DNA of 64,000 nt from a virus: positions 32,001-96,000 of the IMG/VR virus record IMGVR_UViG_3300025127_000013; one strand, written 5' to 3'. Of this stretch, positions 42,340 through 51,297 are shown one piece after another. Position 1 is the first letter of the stretch. The number at the start of each line of letters is the position of its first letter. Under the pieces are notes generated by a model that was not told the origin of the DNA, did not search any database, and saw only the letters and a list, made by a program, of their open reading frames with translations. The position numbers and the translations under genes were made by a program.

Positions 42340-43149
42340 TTGATAATTAAAGAAAATAGATTAAAACAAATCATTCGTGAAGAAGTAGAGCTTCGGATTG
42401 TAAAACAGACAATCTCAGAAGTGATTGTGGAAATGCAACTTGGACTGACCCAAGAGCAACAACTTATTCTTGAACAAAGTGTGCTTGATGCAATTAAAAG
42501 TGCTGCTAGGAAAGCTGCTGTGCCGATTACTGTTATGGCAGCACTTGCTTTTGGAGGTCAAGTAGCTTCTAATGTCCAGCAGTTAGACGGTATTGGTGTG
42601 ACACCAACTGCTGCTCAACAAATTGATAATGCGATTGAAGCCGGTCAAAATATGTCTGATGCTAGAGCCGAGTTTATTCAAAATGCTATCGACTCTAGTT
42701 CTCGCGAAGGCGAAATACCGGCAGACTTAGCAAAAGGTGTTGGTGCTGATAATGCCAAAGACATTGCTATGGATCGGCTTGAAGCTGAATTTGTTTCAAA
42801 AGGTGATGTTGAAAGCACAGGTAAAATGCAACAAACTGCACGGGGCGGTGTATACATCACATATGTTCCATATGATAGTCTTCCTGAAGGCTTTAAAGAC
42901 ACATTTACTCGCGGTGCAGAAAAAGAAGATCTTAAGCAATACTATCAGACTATGGACATACAAGAATTGGCAGATCTAGTAAGGGACTTTAATAAGTGGG
43001 GCTCCGAAGGTCAAGGAAGTTTTTACAATTCTGAGTCAACCGGAACAAAGCTTCTACCTTCATCTTGGTCAATTGCATATAAAGCATGGCAAGACAAAAC
43101 TGCAGACCGCGGTGCTAAGGGCAAAAGCTTAGCTAAAGAAAGTTCTTGA
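42340..43149 (+). CDS. hypothetical protein with N-terminal LKxIIxEE tag
   Basis: MIIKENRLKQIIREEV; preceded by TACTATTTAT (42315) and GAGG; TTG start. Confidence 0.7.
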   Translation: MIIKENRLKQIIREEVELRIVKQTISEVIVEMQLGLTQEQQLILEQSVLDAIKSAARKAAVPITVMAALAFGGQVASNVQQLDGIGVTPTAAQQIDNAIEAGQNMSDARAEFIQNAIDSSSREGEIPADLAKGVGADNAKDIAMDRLEAEFVSKGDVESTGKMQQTARGGVYITYVPYDSLPEGFKDTFTRGAEKEDLKQYYQTMDIQELADLVRDFNKWGSEGQGSFYNSESTGTKLLPSSWSIAYKAWQDKTADRGAKGKSLAKESS

Positions 43150-43174
43150 CAGCACATCTCTACAATGTTATAGT
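43146..43174 (+). promoter_or_regulatory. sigma70-type promoter
   Basis: TTGACA-17 bp-TATAGT with an extended -10 TG. Confidence 0.8.
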
Positions 43175-43194
43175 ATATTTATAAGAGGGCACAC

Positions 43195-43290
43195 ATGTTT
43201 GGTTTTATCGCAGACACACTTGTAAAAGCTATTTTTATTTACACATCATGGTATGGCTTTAATGCCTTCTTTTGGATGTTGTTAAATTAG
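43195..43290 (+). CDS. 31-aa hydrophobic peptide (not in the ORF track)
   Basis: MFGFIADTLVKAIFIYTSWYGFNAFFWMLLN*; AAGAGGG SD; fills the gap between the promoter and the SbcDC gene. Confidence 0.55.
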   Translation: MFGFIADTLVKAIFIYTSWYGFNAFFWMLLN

Positions 43291-43298
43291 GAGAATTT

Positions 43299-46200
43299 GT
43301 GAGCATTAAAATAGCACACGTCTCTGATATTCATGTGCGAAAACTTAAATATCACAAAGAATATCGAGCCGTGTTTGAGCAGCTTTATGAAAAGCTGAGA
43401 GAAGAAAAGCCTGATATCATTGTTAATACGGGTGATACATTTCATACAAAGCTTGATTTGAGCCCTGAAGCAATCAGGATGATGAGCGAGCTATTTGTTG
43501 GTCTTGCTGATATTGCACCTTACCACATGATTCTTGGCAATCATGACATGAACTTAAAGAATAGTGGTCGGCTTGATGCCATATCACCAATTGTTGATTA
43601 TTTGGAACATCCAAATATTCACTTTCATAAATATGCATCTGTGGTGGAAGTAGCTCCCGGTATCGACTTGCATGTCTTGTCTATTGTTGATCCCGAGAAC
43701 TGGCAGAAACAATTACCCGATGACCGTGTTAATATTGCACTCTATCACGGTTCAGTAGTAGGGTCAGTGACTGATAGTGGCTGGATGATGACACACGGTG
43801 ACATATCACTCGAAGAGCTTGAAAAGTATGATTATGCAATGCTGGGTGATATTCACAAGACAGATCAAAAAGTTGATAATGATGGTCGAGCACGGTACCC
43901 GGGCTCACTTGTACAACAGAATCATGGTGAGTCAAATGATAAGGGTTATCTTATTTGGGATATCAAAGATAAGAATACATGGGCAACAAGGCATGTCTCA
44001 CTTACTAACCCGAAGCCGTTTATTACTATCGAACTTACTCGCAAAGGACGAATGCCAAAGAATATTTCTATTCCGCTTGGTGCTCGTCTTCGTCTCGTTA
44101 GTAATAATAATTTACCGCTTGACTCTATGAAAAGAGCAGTTGATGTAGCTAAACATAGATTCAAACCAGAAACAATATCGTTTTTGAATCGTGCATCAGG
44201 TGAGCGAGGTTCTGTTGAAGCATTAACTGATGGTTTGCAAACTGAAAATCTAAGAGATATAAAAGTACAAGAAGAATTGATAGATGAATATTTAGTTGAC
44301 TATGAAGTGCAAGAAAAGACACTTGAGAAAGTTTACGAACTAAATAAGAAGTATAACAAAATTGTTGAGGACAATGAGGATGTATCGCGGAATATTAACT
44401 GGAAACTTGTTGACTTTGAGTTTGACAATCTGTTTAATTACGGGGATGGTAATAATGTTAGCTTTGAAGAGCTAAGTGGTATTATTGGTATCTTTGGTAA
44501 AAACTTTTCTGGTAAAAGCAGTATCATTGATGGTATCCTGTGGACACTATTTAATACAACATCCAAGAATGAACGAAAGAACTTGAATGTTATTAACCAG
44601 AACAAAGAAGATTGTCGCGGAAAGGTAACAATACAGATTAATGATTTGGTCTATACAGTCGAACGAAAAGCTAAGAAGTACATCAAAAGACTGAAAGGCG
44701 AAGAAACATTAGAGGCTAAGACGGAGTTAAACTTTGAAGTGTATGACCCAGTTATGGGTGAAACCACATCTTTAAATGGGCTCACAAGAACACTCACCGA
44801 TGCTAACATACGAAAACAGTTTGGTACACTTGATGACTTTGCAGTTTCATCTTTATCGTCTCAGCACGGTGCTTTGGCATTTATCGATGAAGGCTCGACC
44901 CGTCGTAAGGAAATCATCGCGAAGTTTCTCGATCTTGAATTGTTTGATCGTAAGTTTAAGTTAGCCAAGGAAGACTCAGTTGACCTCAAGGGTGCACTTA
45001 AGAGACTTGAGACCAAGAATTATGATGATGAATTAGATTCTGTAAATGCATCGCTTGTTGAAGCGAGACAACAGATGAGCGAACACAAGTCAATTTGCAC
45101 TGCTCTAAAAGAAGCAGTCGTGGAATTAACTGATGTCAGAAATGAGATTGAGTCCAAAATTGATTCTATACCCGCTGAAATTATCGATATTTCAGCAGTC
45201 AATAAAGAAATCAGATTAAAAGAAAATCAAATAACAAAGCACATTCTTGAGAATGATGAATTTGCTGATACTTTAAAAACAAAACAAGGTGTATATAAAA
45301 AGATTGTGAGTTTTCTCGATGAGTTTGATTTACAGAAATTTGAAAATCAACGGCAACAAATTAATCAGTATAAAGAACAACTTAAGACACAAGAAGATAA
45401 TCTTGACAAACTACTCGAAGAACACAACTATATTCTGAAGAAAGAAGGCTTATTGCACGATCATGAGTATGATCCCAACTGTGAATATTGTTCTAACAAT
45501 GAGTTTGTTAAAGAAGCACAAGCAGCCGTTAGCAGAAAAGCTGATGTTGAGGCTCAACAAGCTGACACATTACAAACAATTAATATAATCACGGAAGAAA
45601 TCAAGAGTCTAAATCCAACAGATGTTGAAACACAATTTGAACGGTATAATAAGATAGAGTCTAACAAGCACACAGTATCATCAGAAATTGCTGATTTAAA
45701 TCTTGAGATCGAGAGAAACAAAAATTCTGTTTTATTTTTAGAAGACAAGCTAAAAGAACTGTGTGCAAAACGAGATGAATACGAGGAAAACAAAGAAGCA
45801 ATTGAAAATCTGGAAGCCTTAGTGACTCAGCTTAACAAGTGTCATTATAAGATTGAACAGACACAAAACAAGATTGACACTTGCGATGCTGCCACACTTG
45901 AACTTGTTAAGTCTGTTGGCTCATACGAACAAAAGATTGAAACCATCAAAGAACAAAAGCAGGAGTATCAAGACCTTCAAACCGAATTTGCTGCATACCA
46001 CTTGTTTATGATTTGTATGCATCCTAACGGTATTGCTTACGATGTTATTAAGAAGAAGATACCAGTAATCAACGAAGAGATTGCGAAGGTGCTTGCTAAT
46101 ATTGTTGACTTTGAAGTATTCTTTGAAGCTGCAGGTAATAAGTTTGATATCAACATCAAGCATCCAAAGTATGAAGAGCGACCGATAGAGATGGCATCAG

Positions 46201-46466
46201 GTGCCGAGAAATCACTGTCGGCAATGGCTATCCGCTTAGCATTGTTGGGAGTTTCATCATTGCCAAAGTCAGACTTATTTATCCTTGATGAGCCGGGCAC
46301 AGCACTGGACGAAGACAATATGTCGGGTTTTATTCAGATTTTGGAACTAATTAAGGTATATTTCAAGAACGTTTTGTTGATCTCCCACCTTGATTCGCTC
46401 AAAGATTGTGTTGATATGCAAATCGTAATTGATAAAAAAGCAGGATATGCAAGGGTCAACCAATGA
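43299..46466 (+). CDS. fused Mre11/SbcD nuclease - Rad50/SbcC ATPase (T4 gp47-gp46-like)
   Basis: Phosphoesterase motifs SDIH, GDTFH, GNHD, LGDIH, YPGS; Walker A GKNFSGKS; coiled coil with CEYC hook; signature ASGAEK; Walker B ILDEP; H-loop ISH. GTG start after AGGAG. Confidence 0.92.
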   Translation: MSIKIAHVSDIHVRKLKYHKEYRAVFEQLYEKLREEKPDIIVNTGDTFHTKLDLSPEAIRMMSELFVGLADIAPYHMILGNHDMNLKNSGRLDAISPIVDYLEHPNIHFHKYASVVEVAPGIDLHVLSIVDPENWQKQLPDDRVNIALYHGSVVGSVTDSGWMMTHGDISLEELEKYDYAMLGDIHKTDQKVDNDGRARYPGSLVQQNHGESNDKGYLIWDIKDKNTWATRHVSLTNPKPFITIELTRKGRMPKNISIPLGARLRLVSNNNLPLDSMKRAVDVAKHRFKPETISFLNRASGERGSVEALTDGLQTENLRDIKVQEELIDEYLVDYEVQEKTLEKVYELNKKYNKIVEDNEDVSRNINWKLVDFEFDNLFNYGDGNNVSFEELSGIIGIFGKNFSGKSSIIDGILWTLFNTTSKNERKNLNVINQNKEDCRGKVTIQINDLVYTVERKAKKYIKRLKGEETLEAKTELNFEVYDPVMGETTSLNGLTRTLTDANIRKQFGTLDDFAVSSLSSQHGALAFIDEGSTRRKEIIAKFLDLELFDRKFKLAKEDSVDLKGALKRLETKNYDDELDSVNASLVEARQQMSEHKSICTALKEAVVELTDVRNEIESKIDSIPAEIIDISAVNKEIRLKENQITKHILENDEFADTLKTKQGVYKKIVSFLDEFDLQKFENQRQQINQYKEQLKTQEDNLDKLLEEHNYILKKEGLLHDHEYDPNCEYCSNNEFVKEAQAAVSRKADVEAQQADTLQTINIITEEIKSLNPTDVETQFERYNKIESNKHTVSSEIADLNLEIERNKNSVLFLEDKLKELCAKRDEYEENKEAIENLEALVTQLNKCHYKIEQTQNKIDTCDAATLELVKSVGSYEQKIETIKEQKQEYQDLQTEFAAYHLFMICMHPNGIAYDVIKKKIPVINEEIAKVLANIVDFEVFFEAAGNKFDINIKHPKYEERPIEMASGAEKSLSAMAIRLALLGVSSLPKSDLFILDEPGTALDEDNMSGFIQILELIKVYFKNVLLISHLDSLKDCVDMQIVIDKKAGYARVNQ

Positions 46467-47599
46467 ACGACAACGATAATAACGAATTTGATTTTCTGCC
46501 TCCCGCAGAGGCACCACCCTCCTTTAATCAGGAGAAAGACCATTATCACGAAGAAGTAGAAGCAGAAGACTTTGGAATGGTAGAAGATTTCGGATTACAG
46601 ATGGAATACTCTGATGAAGATTTACTGCCTGAGAACACAGCCCCATCATCTATTAATGTGGGGTTTGTTGGTGTTGGTGGTGGTGGAAACAAAATGGCTA
46701 ATGCTTTTATTGAGCTTGGCTTCAACAAAACATTGCTTGTTAACACAACGGGCAAAGACATTCCTAAGAATGTTGAAGAGGATCATGTTGTCCTCATTCC
46801 CGATGCCGACGGTATTGGCAAAAATGTAGAATATGGAAAAGAGGTATTAACACAAAATGGAGCGATTGTTGAAGATGCTCTCCGCATCAAATTGGGGAAA
46901 GTTGATTGGTTATTCGTCCTTGCTGGCGGTGGCGGTGGGACCGGTAGCAGTGTCACTGCTCTTCATCCTGTGTTTGAGCGGTACCTTCGCTCTGTTCAAG
47001 CTTCTGGACAAGTAGTATATGTCACATCTTGGCCCACAGCACAAGAAAACCTTAATCCTACAATCGCTAGAAATGCCCTCACTCTTGCGAATGATGTGTC
47101 AAAACACCCACACATCATACTAGACAACGAACGAGCAACAAGATTACTTCGTGGTAGAATTGGTATGCTGGGTATGTATCCGGTTGCCAACACACAATTT
47201 GCAAAGTCATTAGCCCAAGTTTTGAAACTCTCCAATGAGGACTCACCGATCCAATCTTTTGATAGTAAGGACTTAGAAACTTGTCTGGGCAATGACGGTC
47301 GTGCCTTCATAGGCTCAACTATGATTAAAGATCCAAATACTGGTAAGCTTGGATCGGTGATCCTCCACAACTGCATGAATCGCTCTGCATGCCCTCCACC
47401 CAAAGGCAAAGCTGCAGCAGGATCGTTGGTGCTGGTTGTGTCAGAAGAGATGGTAGCTGACCCAAGAGTTAGCAAAAATATTGAGTCGGCAATCGCTTAT
47501 GTCGGCGGTCGATGTGAAACACTTTTCTCTGGTGTTTATGTCAGAAAGAATGTGCCCGGATTGATTGCGATACTAAGTATGAATGGATTAGCAACATGA
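46463..47599 (+). CDS. tubulin/FtsZ-family GTPase
   Basis: VGVGGGGNK, VNT, GIGKN, AGGGGGTGS (tubulin signature), ILDNE; ~60 aa acidic N-terminal extension. Confidence 0.9.
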   Translation: MNDNDNNEFDFLPPAEAPPSFNQEKDHYHEEVEAEDFGMVEDFGLQMEYSDEDLLPENTAPSSINVGFVGVGGGGNKMANAFIELGFNKTLLVNTTGKDIPKNVEEDHVVLIPDADGIGKNVEYGKEVLTQNGAIVEDALRIKLGKVDWLFVLAGGGGGTGSSVTALHPVFERYLRSVQASGQVVYVTSWPTAQENLNPTIARNALTLANDVSKHPHIILDNERATRLLRGRIGMLGMYPVANTQFAKSLAQVLKLSNEDSPIQSFDSKDLETCLGNDGRAFIGSTMIKDPNTGKLGSVILHNCMNRSACPPPKGKAAAGSLVLVVSEEMVADPRVSKNIESAIAYVGGRCETLFSGVYVRKNVPGLIAILSMNGLAT

Positions 47600-47979
47600 A
47601 AATAACAAAACAACAACTTAAAGAAATCATCAAAGAAGAAATCAGTTCTATTATTGAAAAGGATGACGAAGACAAAGCAGAAGATGAAGAAGCAGAAGAC
47701 AAAAAGAAAAAATCTAAAAAGCAAATTGACTTGCACGGATTTTCTTCCGAGAAAGAGACGGCCGATTTTGTCAAGAAAAACCCATCATTTTTTAACGAGG
47801 ATGTAGAAGTTCCCGGCGGCGGTGTCAGAAGTGTAAAAGGTGTAAAAAGAAGTATTATGGAAAATTTAGAAGATGCTATGCAAGCAGCACAACGGGGCGA
47901 CTTCAATGCAGTTGCTACCAGAGTTGCTAACTTAGAAGCTTTTGTTGAAGCATTAAAAAAAGTAGGAGAAATCAAATGA
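47596..47979 (+). CDS. hypothetical protein with N-terminal MKITKxxLKEIIKEE tag
   Basis: MKITKQQLKEIIKEEISSIIE. Confidence 0.75.
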   Translation: MKITKQQLKEIIKEEISSIIEKDDEDKAEDEEAEDKKKKSKKQIDLHGFSSEKETADFVKKNPSFFNEDVEVPGGGVRSVKGVKRSIMENLEDAMQAAQRGDFNAVATRVANLEAFVEALKKVGEIK

Positions 47980-48284
47980 ACTGGTTAACAAATTTATGGA
48001 CTGCCTTAGTTAGAAAAACCTCAACAGTTGCAGACGAAATTACCGAAGAAGTTACCGAGGTTTTGGTTGAGGAAGATGATTCCTCTGTAGCAGAGATCTT
48101 TGAGGGCATCTGCAAGCAAGCAGGTCTTGGCGGCAAGTTCCTTGAAGGTTTGAGTGCAACTGAAAAGTTTGTTGCTTGGTACGATGGTACTGCTGATGAA
48201 GAATCTGTTAGAGCTTCATTGGCAGAATTCAAAACTACTGATCCAGCTATCAATGCAAAGATGACATCTATTGGTGGATTTTAA
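47976..48284 (+). CDS. hypothetical acidic protein
   Basis: AGGAG SD; N-terminal MNWLTNLWTALVRK amphipathic segment. Confidence 0.7.
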   Translation: MNWLTNLWTALVRKTSTVADEITEEVTEVLVEEDDSSVAEIFEGICKQAGLGGKFLEGLSATEKFVAWYDGTADEESVRASLAEFKTTDPAINAKMTSIGGF

Positions 48285-48285
48285 A

Positions 48286-48921
48286 ATGAAAATTAGTATC
48301 TCAGAACTTAAAGAAATTATACAACAGGAAATTGACTCTCTTGATGAAGGCGGATATGGTGAAGGTTCTATGGCTCGTAGTCAACTTGGAAGAACTGCAG
48401 AAGTTGCTTTAATGCTTCAGGATATGATCGGAGACGATACTAATCTCGAAGAATGGGTTGAGTCTAAAATTACTAAATCACAAGATTATCTTAGTTCAGT
48501 ATTAAATTATATGAGAGGTGAGCAGCTTTCTGAAAGAGAATTGTCTAAATCTGAAAAAGATGAAAAAGAAGACATTGTAAAAGGTATGAAAAAAAATACG
48601 AAAGACTTTGAGAAAAGATATGGTAAAGATGCTAAAAGTGTAATGTATGGTGCTGCTACAAATATTGCTAAAAAGAATAAAGGCAAGAAAGTCAAAGAAG
48701 GTCTTGAACAACTTACTCCCGAAAACATGGAGTTGTTGTTTGATGTTTTCAAAAAGATGGCAACAGAGCCAGCAATTGTAACTGCTCTTGGCATGGGCGG
48801 GATGGTCGCTGCTATTGATAAAATGAAAGATATGGTTATGAAGGATCAGAATCCACCCTCCGGTGTTTCGGGCACTACTAGTCCTGATGGCCCAGATATG
48901 ACATCTGGAGCAAGTGAATAA
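48286..48921 (+). CDS. modular hypothetical protein with N-terminal LKEII tag (putative internal head protein)
   Basis: MKISISELKEIIQQEIDSLDE followed by distinct modules separated by LxE/VxE. Confidence 0.7.
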   Translation: MKISISELKEIIQQEIDSLDEGGYGEGSMARSQLGRTAEVALMLQDMIGDDTNLEEWVESKITKSQDYLSSVLNYMRGEQLSERELSKSEKDEKEDIVKGMKKNTKDFEKRYGKDAKSVMYGAATNIAKKNKGKKVKEGLEQLTPENMELLFDVFKKMATEPAIVTALGMGGMVAAIDKMKDMVMKDQNPPSGVSGTTSPDGPDMTSGASE

Positions 48922-48931
48922 CGGAGTTAGT

Positions 48932-49132
48932 ATGATGTCTAAAGCAAATGCATTTTTAGATACTTGGCTAGCCAAACTGACATCTCGCAAGCTAATGGTC
49001 TGGTTAGCTGCGACTGGTTTAACATTGGCGGGACATGTTACTAGCGAAGACTGGGTAATTATTTCAGCAATCTATATTGGAGGTCAAACTATTATTGATG
49101 GCATCTCTAGATTGCGAGGTTACAATGATTAG
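48932..49132 (+). CDS. putative holin-like membrane protein
   Basis: 66 aa with two hydrophobic segments and a KLTSRKL motif; GGAG SD. Confidence 0.5.
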   Translation: MMSKANAFLDTWLAKLTSRKLMVWLAATGLTLAGHVTSEDWVIISAIYIGGQTIIDGISRLRGYND

Positions 49133-49508
49133 AAAACAAGTTTTAGAGTTTGTTGTATCACACTGGAAAGAAATACTAATAGTTGTGTTAGCAATCGTGG
49201 TCGTTGCCAAGACGAGATATGACTATAATCTAATGCAGAAAACATATAAGACACAAATAGAGTCTGCACAATCACAAATCGAAGGTCTTAAAGAAATACA
49301 CAAGCAAGAGATTAAAGAAAAGCAATTGCTTATGGAAAGTCATCTTGAATCAATCGCCGAAATAGAAAAAGACTACGAAGATGCTCTTGATATGATAGAC
49401 GAGCTAAGACAAGACAAAGCTGGCAAATACAGGAATAAGTTTAATAGTGATAGAGAAGAACTAATTAAAGATATAGAATCTAAGTTTGGTATTGAGTATG
49501 TTCCTTAA
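49125..49508 (+). CDS. membrane-anchored coiled-coil protein (i-spanin-like)
   Basis: N-terminal TM (EILIVVLAIVVVA) followed by a coiled coil; next to the holin-like gene. Confidence 0.45.
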   Translation: MIRKQVLEFVVSHWKEILIVVLAIVVVAKTRYDYNLMQKTYKTQIESAQSQIEGLKEIHKQEIKEKQLLMESHLESIAEIEKDYEDALDMIDELRQDKAGKYRNKFNSDREELIKDIESKFGIEYVP

Positions 49509-49917
49509 GTTATTACTTCTGCTGACAATGACCGCAAATGCCACAGAGCCTGCGAAGTTTACCGTATTAGAATATAAAGCCCCAGCACCTTTTGCTGGTG
49601 TTTTGTTTGACGAAAATGCAATAGCAAAGGTATTGTCAAGTTATGACATAGCATTATACTCTTGTGAGATAAAAACTGAGTATGAACTTAAAGTGTTGAG
49701 AGAAGAATACGAATTTAAATTAGAGAATTTAAAAATAGAACACAATGCTTTAACAAAAGAATACGACTTGTTTATAATGGAGAAAGACAAGGAAATAAAA
49801 GCACTTGTAAACTCTCTAGAGAAAACAGCACCAAAATATAAATGGTGGTGGTTTGCTGGAGGTGTCGCCGTTGGCACTGCGAGTGCATATGGTGCTTATA
49901 AGGTATTTAATGAGTAA
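49498..49917 (+). CDS. secreted/membrane coiled-coil protein (spanin-like)
   Basis: Signal peptide MFLKLLLLLTMTANA, coiled coil, C-terminal TM WWWFAGGVAVG. Confidence 0.45.
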   Translation: MFLKLLLLLTMTANATEPAKFTVLEYKAPAPFAGVLFDENAIAKVLSSYDIALYSCEIKTEYELKVLREEYEFKLENLKIEHNALTKEYDLFIMEKDKEIKALVNSLEKTAPKYKWWWFAGGVAVGTASAYGAYKVFNE

Positions 49918-50302
49918 TAAAAACTTTGATCAGATTGCTGCAATCGAGAAGGCCATAAAAGAAAAGTATGGTGATGATGCGATTGCGAACCCAAAAGCTT
50001 TCTGGGACGAAACTAAAGAAAAAGAATATCTTGAGCAGATGAAAGATTTTTATGCCAAGACTTCTAAAAATTTAGAATGGGAAGATAAAATTGATGTAAA
50101 TGGTATAAAGGTTAGCAAAAAACTACTTAATAAAGAACCTCGTAAAAATTGTCCTGTCTGCGGAGCCTTTCCAAAGAAATCCATGGATGATGTCTGCTTA
50201 GTCAAATTTGAATGTTGCTACAAATGTTTCATACAATATGTCGAAGGCAGAGAAGAACGATGGCAAAAAGGTTGGCGACCAAAACTAAATAAGGATAATT
50301 AA
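49910..50302 (+). CDS. hypothetical zinc-finger protein
   Basis: CPVC...CCYKC; QYVEGREERW. Confidence 0.7.
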   Translation: MSNKNFDQIAAIEKAIKEKYGDDAIANPKAFWDETKEKEYLEQMKDFYAKTSKNLEWEDKIDVNGIKVSKKLLNKEPRKNCPVCGAFPKKSMDDVCLVKFECCYKCFIQYVEGREERWQKGWRPKLNKDN

Positions 50303-50303
50303 A

Positions 50304-50846
50304 ATGGCTACAGTTTATGAAATAGTTCAAGGCTTATCACAGGCAGCAGCGAATGCATATGACGGTGCATTGGATGAAAACAACGAACTTCTTAAGATTG
50401 GATTAAATCGTGAAGAGGGTGATATGTTATATGATAGAAGAGTGATGGACGGATTTAAGGTCCGCTTTTCTGGCAATACCATGTGTTTAACTTATATGTC
50501 CGAAGTGCAGCTTAAGCAGGTGCATGAGACAGGCTTTGAAGATGAAGTGCAGTCTACCATGTCTGAAGTTATCAAGTTCCTTAAAAAAGAGTATCGCAAA
50601 ATTACAGGCAGTTCTGTGACACTAACACAGATCGAAGAAGCAGACATTAGAGTTGAGAGCACATCAAATGTTCGTTCATTTTTAACAGCCGTTCAGCAGT
50701 TTACGGTTGGCGGACTAGACGAGGAAATGAATAATAAAGATGGTTCAAAGGCACCAAACGATTATTGGCAAGACTTCATGTCTCAAGGTGGCTGGACTGG
50801 CGATGGTGGTAAAAGACCATCAAACGATACCAGAAAAAAGGAATAA
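50304..50846 (+). CDS. hypothetical protein
   Basis: ORF with AGGA SD, upstream of the terminase. Confidence 0.7.
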   Translation: MATVYEIVQGLSQAAANAYDGALDENNELLKIGLNREEGDMLYDRRVMDGFKVRFSGNTMCLTYMSEVQLKQVHETGFEDEVQSTMSEVIKFLKKEYRKITGSSVTLTQIEEADIRVESTSNVRSFLTAVQQFTVGGLDEEMNNKDGSKAPNDYWQDFMSQGGWTGDGGKRPSNDTRKKE

Positions 50847-50850
50847 GTAA

Positions 50851-51297
50851 ATGAAGATTACCAAGAGACAACTTCACAAAATTATTCTTGAAGAATACAT
50901 GAAAGAAGAAAACATCACAGAGTATAGCGAAGAAGCAGAAGAATTAATTAGAAAAATGATAGGCGACGATGAATACAATCGCCGCCGTGCTCTTGAAATG
51001 CCTAAAGATCGAAACGATGGAAACACAGCCCCGATGCAAAAAACCTCTGATTCGGTAGAGGATAAGATTGCAAGTTTGGTTCAGGGTATGCAACCAGATG
51101 ATGTGGCCGAACTTTTTCAGTCCGTCTTTTCAAGATTACCCGGTGTAGAGATGCAGGATGATGAGCCCGATCCACCTTCTTTGTATGGCGATCCTAGAGA
51201 CGATGGCAGATCTCCAATCACACTTGGCCCTGTTAGAGAAGACTTTGATTTATCTGCACTACAAGAAATGATTCGTACAATGATTAGGGATGTATGA
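50851..51297 (+). CDS. hypothetical protein with N-terminal MKITKxxLxxIIxEE tag
   Basis: MKITKRQLHKIILEEYMKEE; overlaps the terminase start. Confidence 0.7.
   Translation: MKITKRQLHKIILEEYMKEENITEYSEEAEELIRKMIGDDEYNRRRALEMPKDRNDGNTAPMQKTSDSVEDKIASLVQGMQPDDVAELFQSVFSRLPGVEMQDDEPDPPSLYGDPRDDGRSPITLGPVREDFDLSALQEMIRTMIRDV

Noticed and set aside
46463-47599. Interpreting the tubulin as evidence of a cellular (bacterial/archaeal) contig or of a phage nucleus
   Set aside because: The context is entirely phage with no dcw cluster, and no chimallin or multisubunit RNAP is recognisable in this window.
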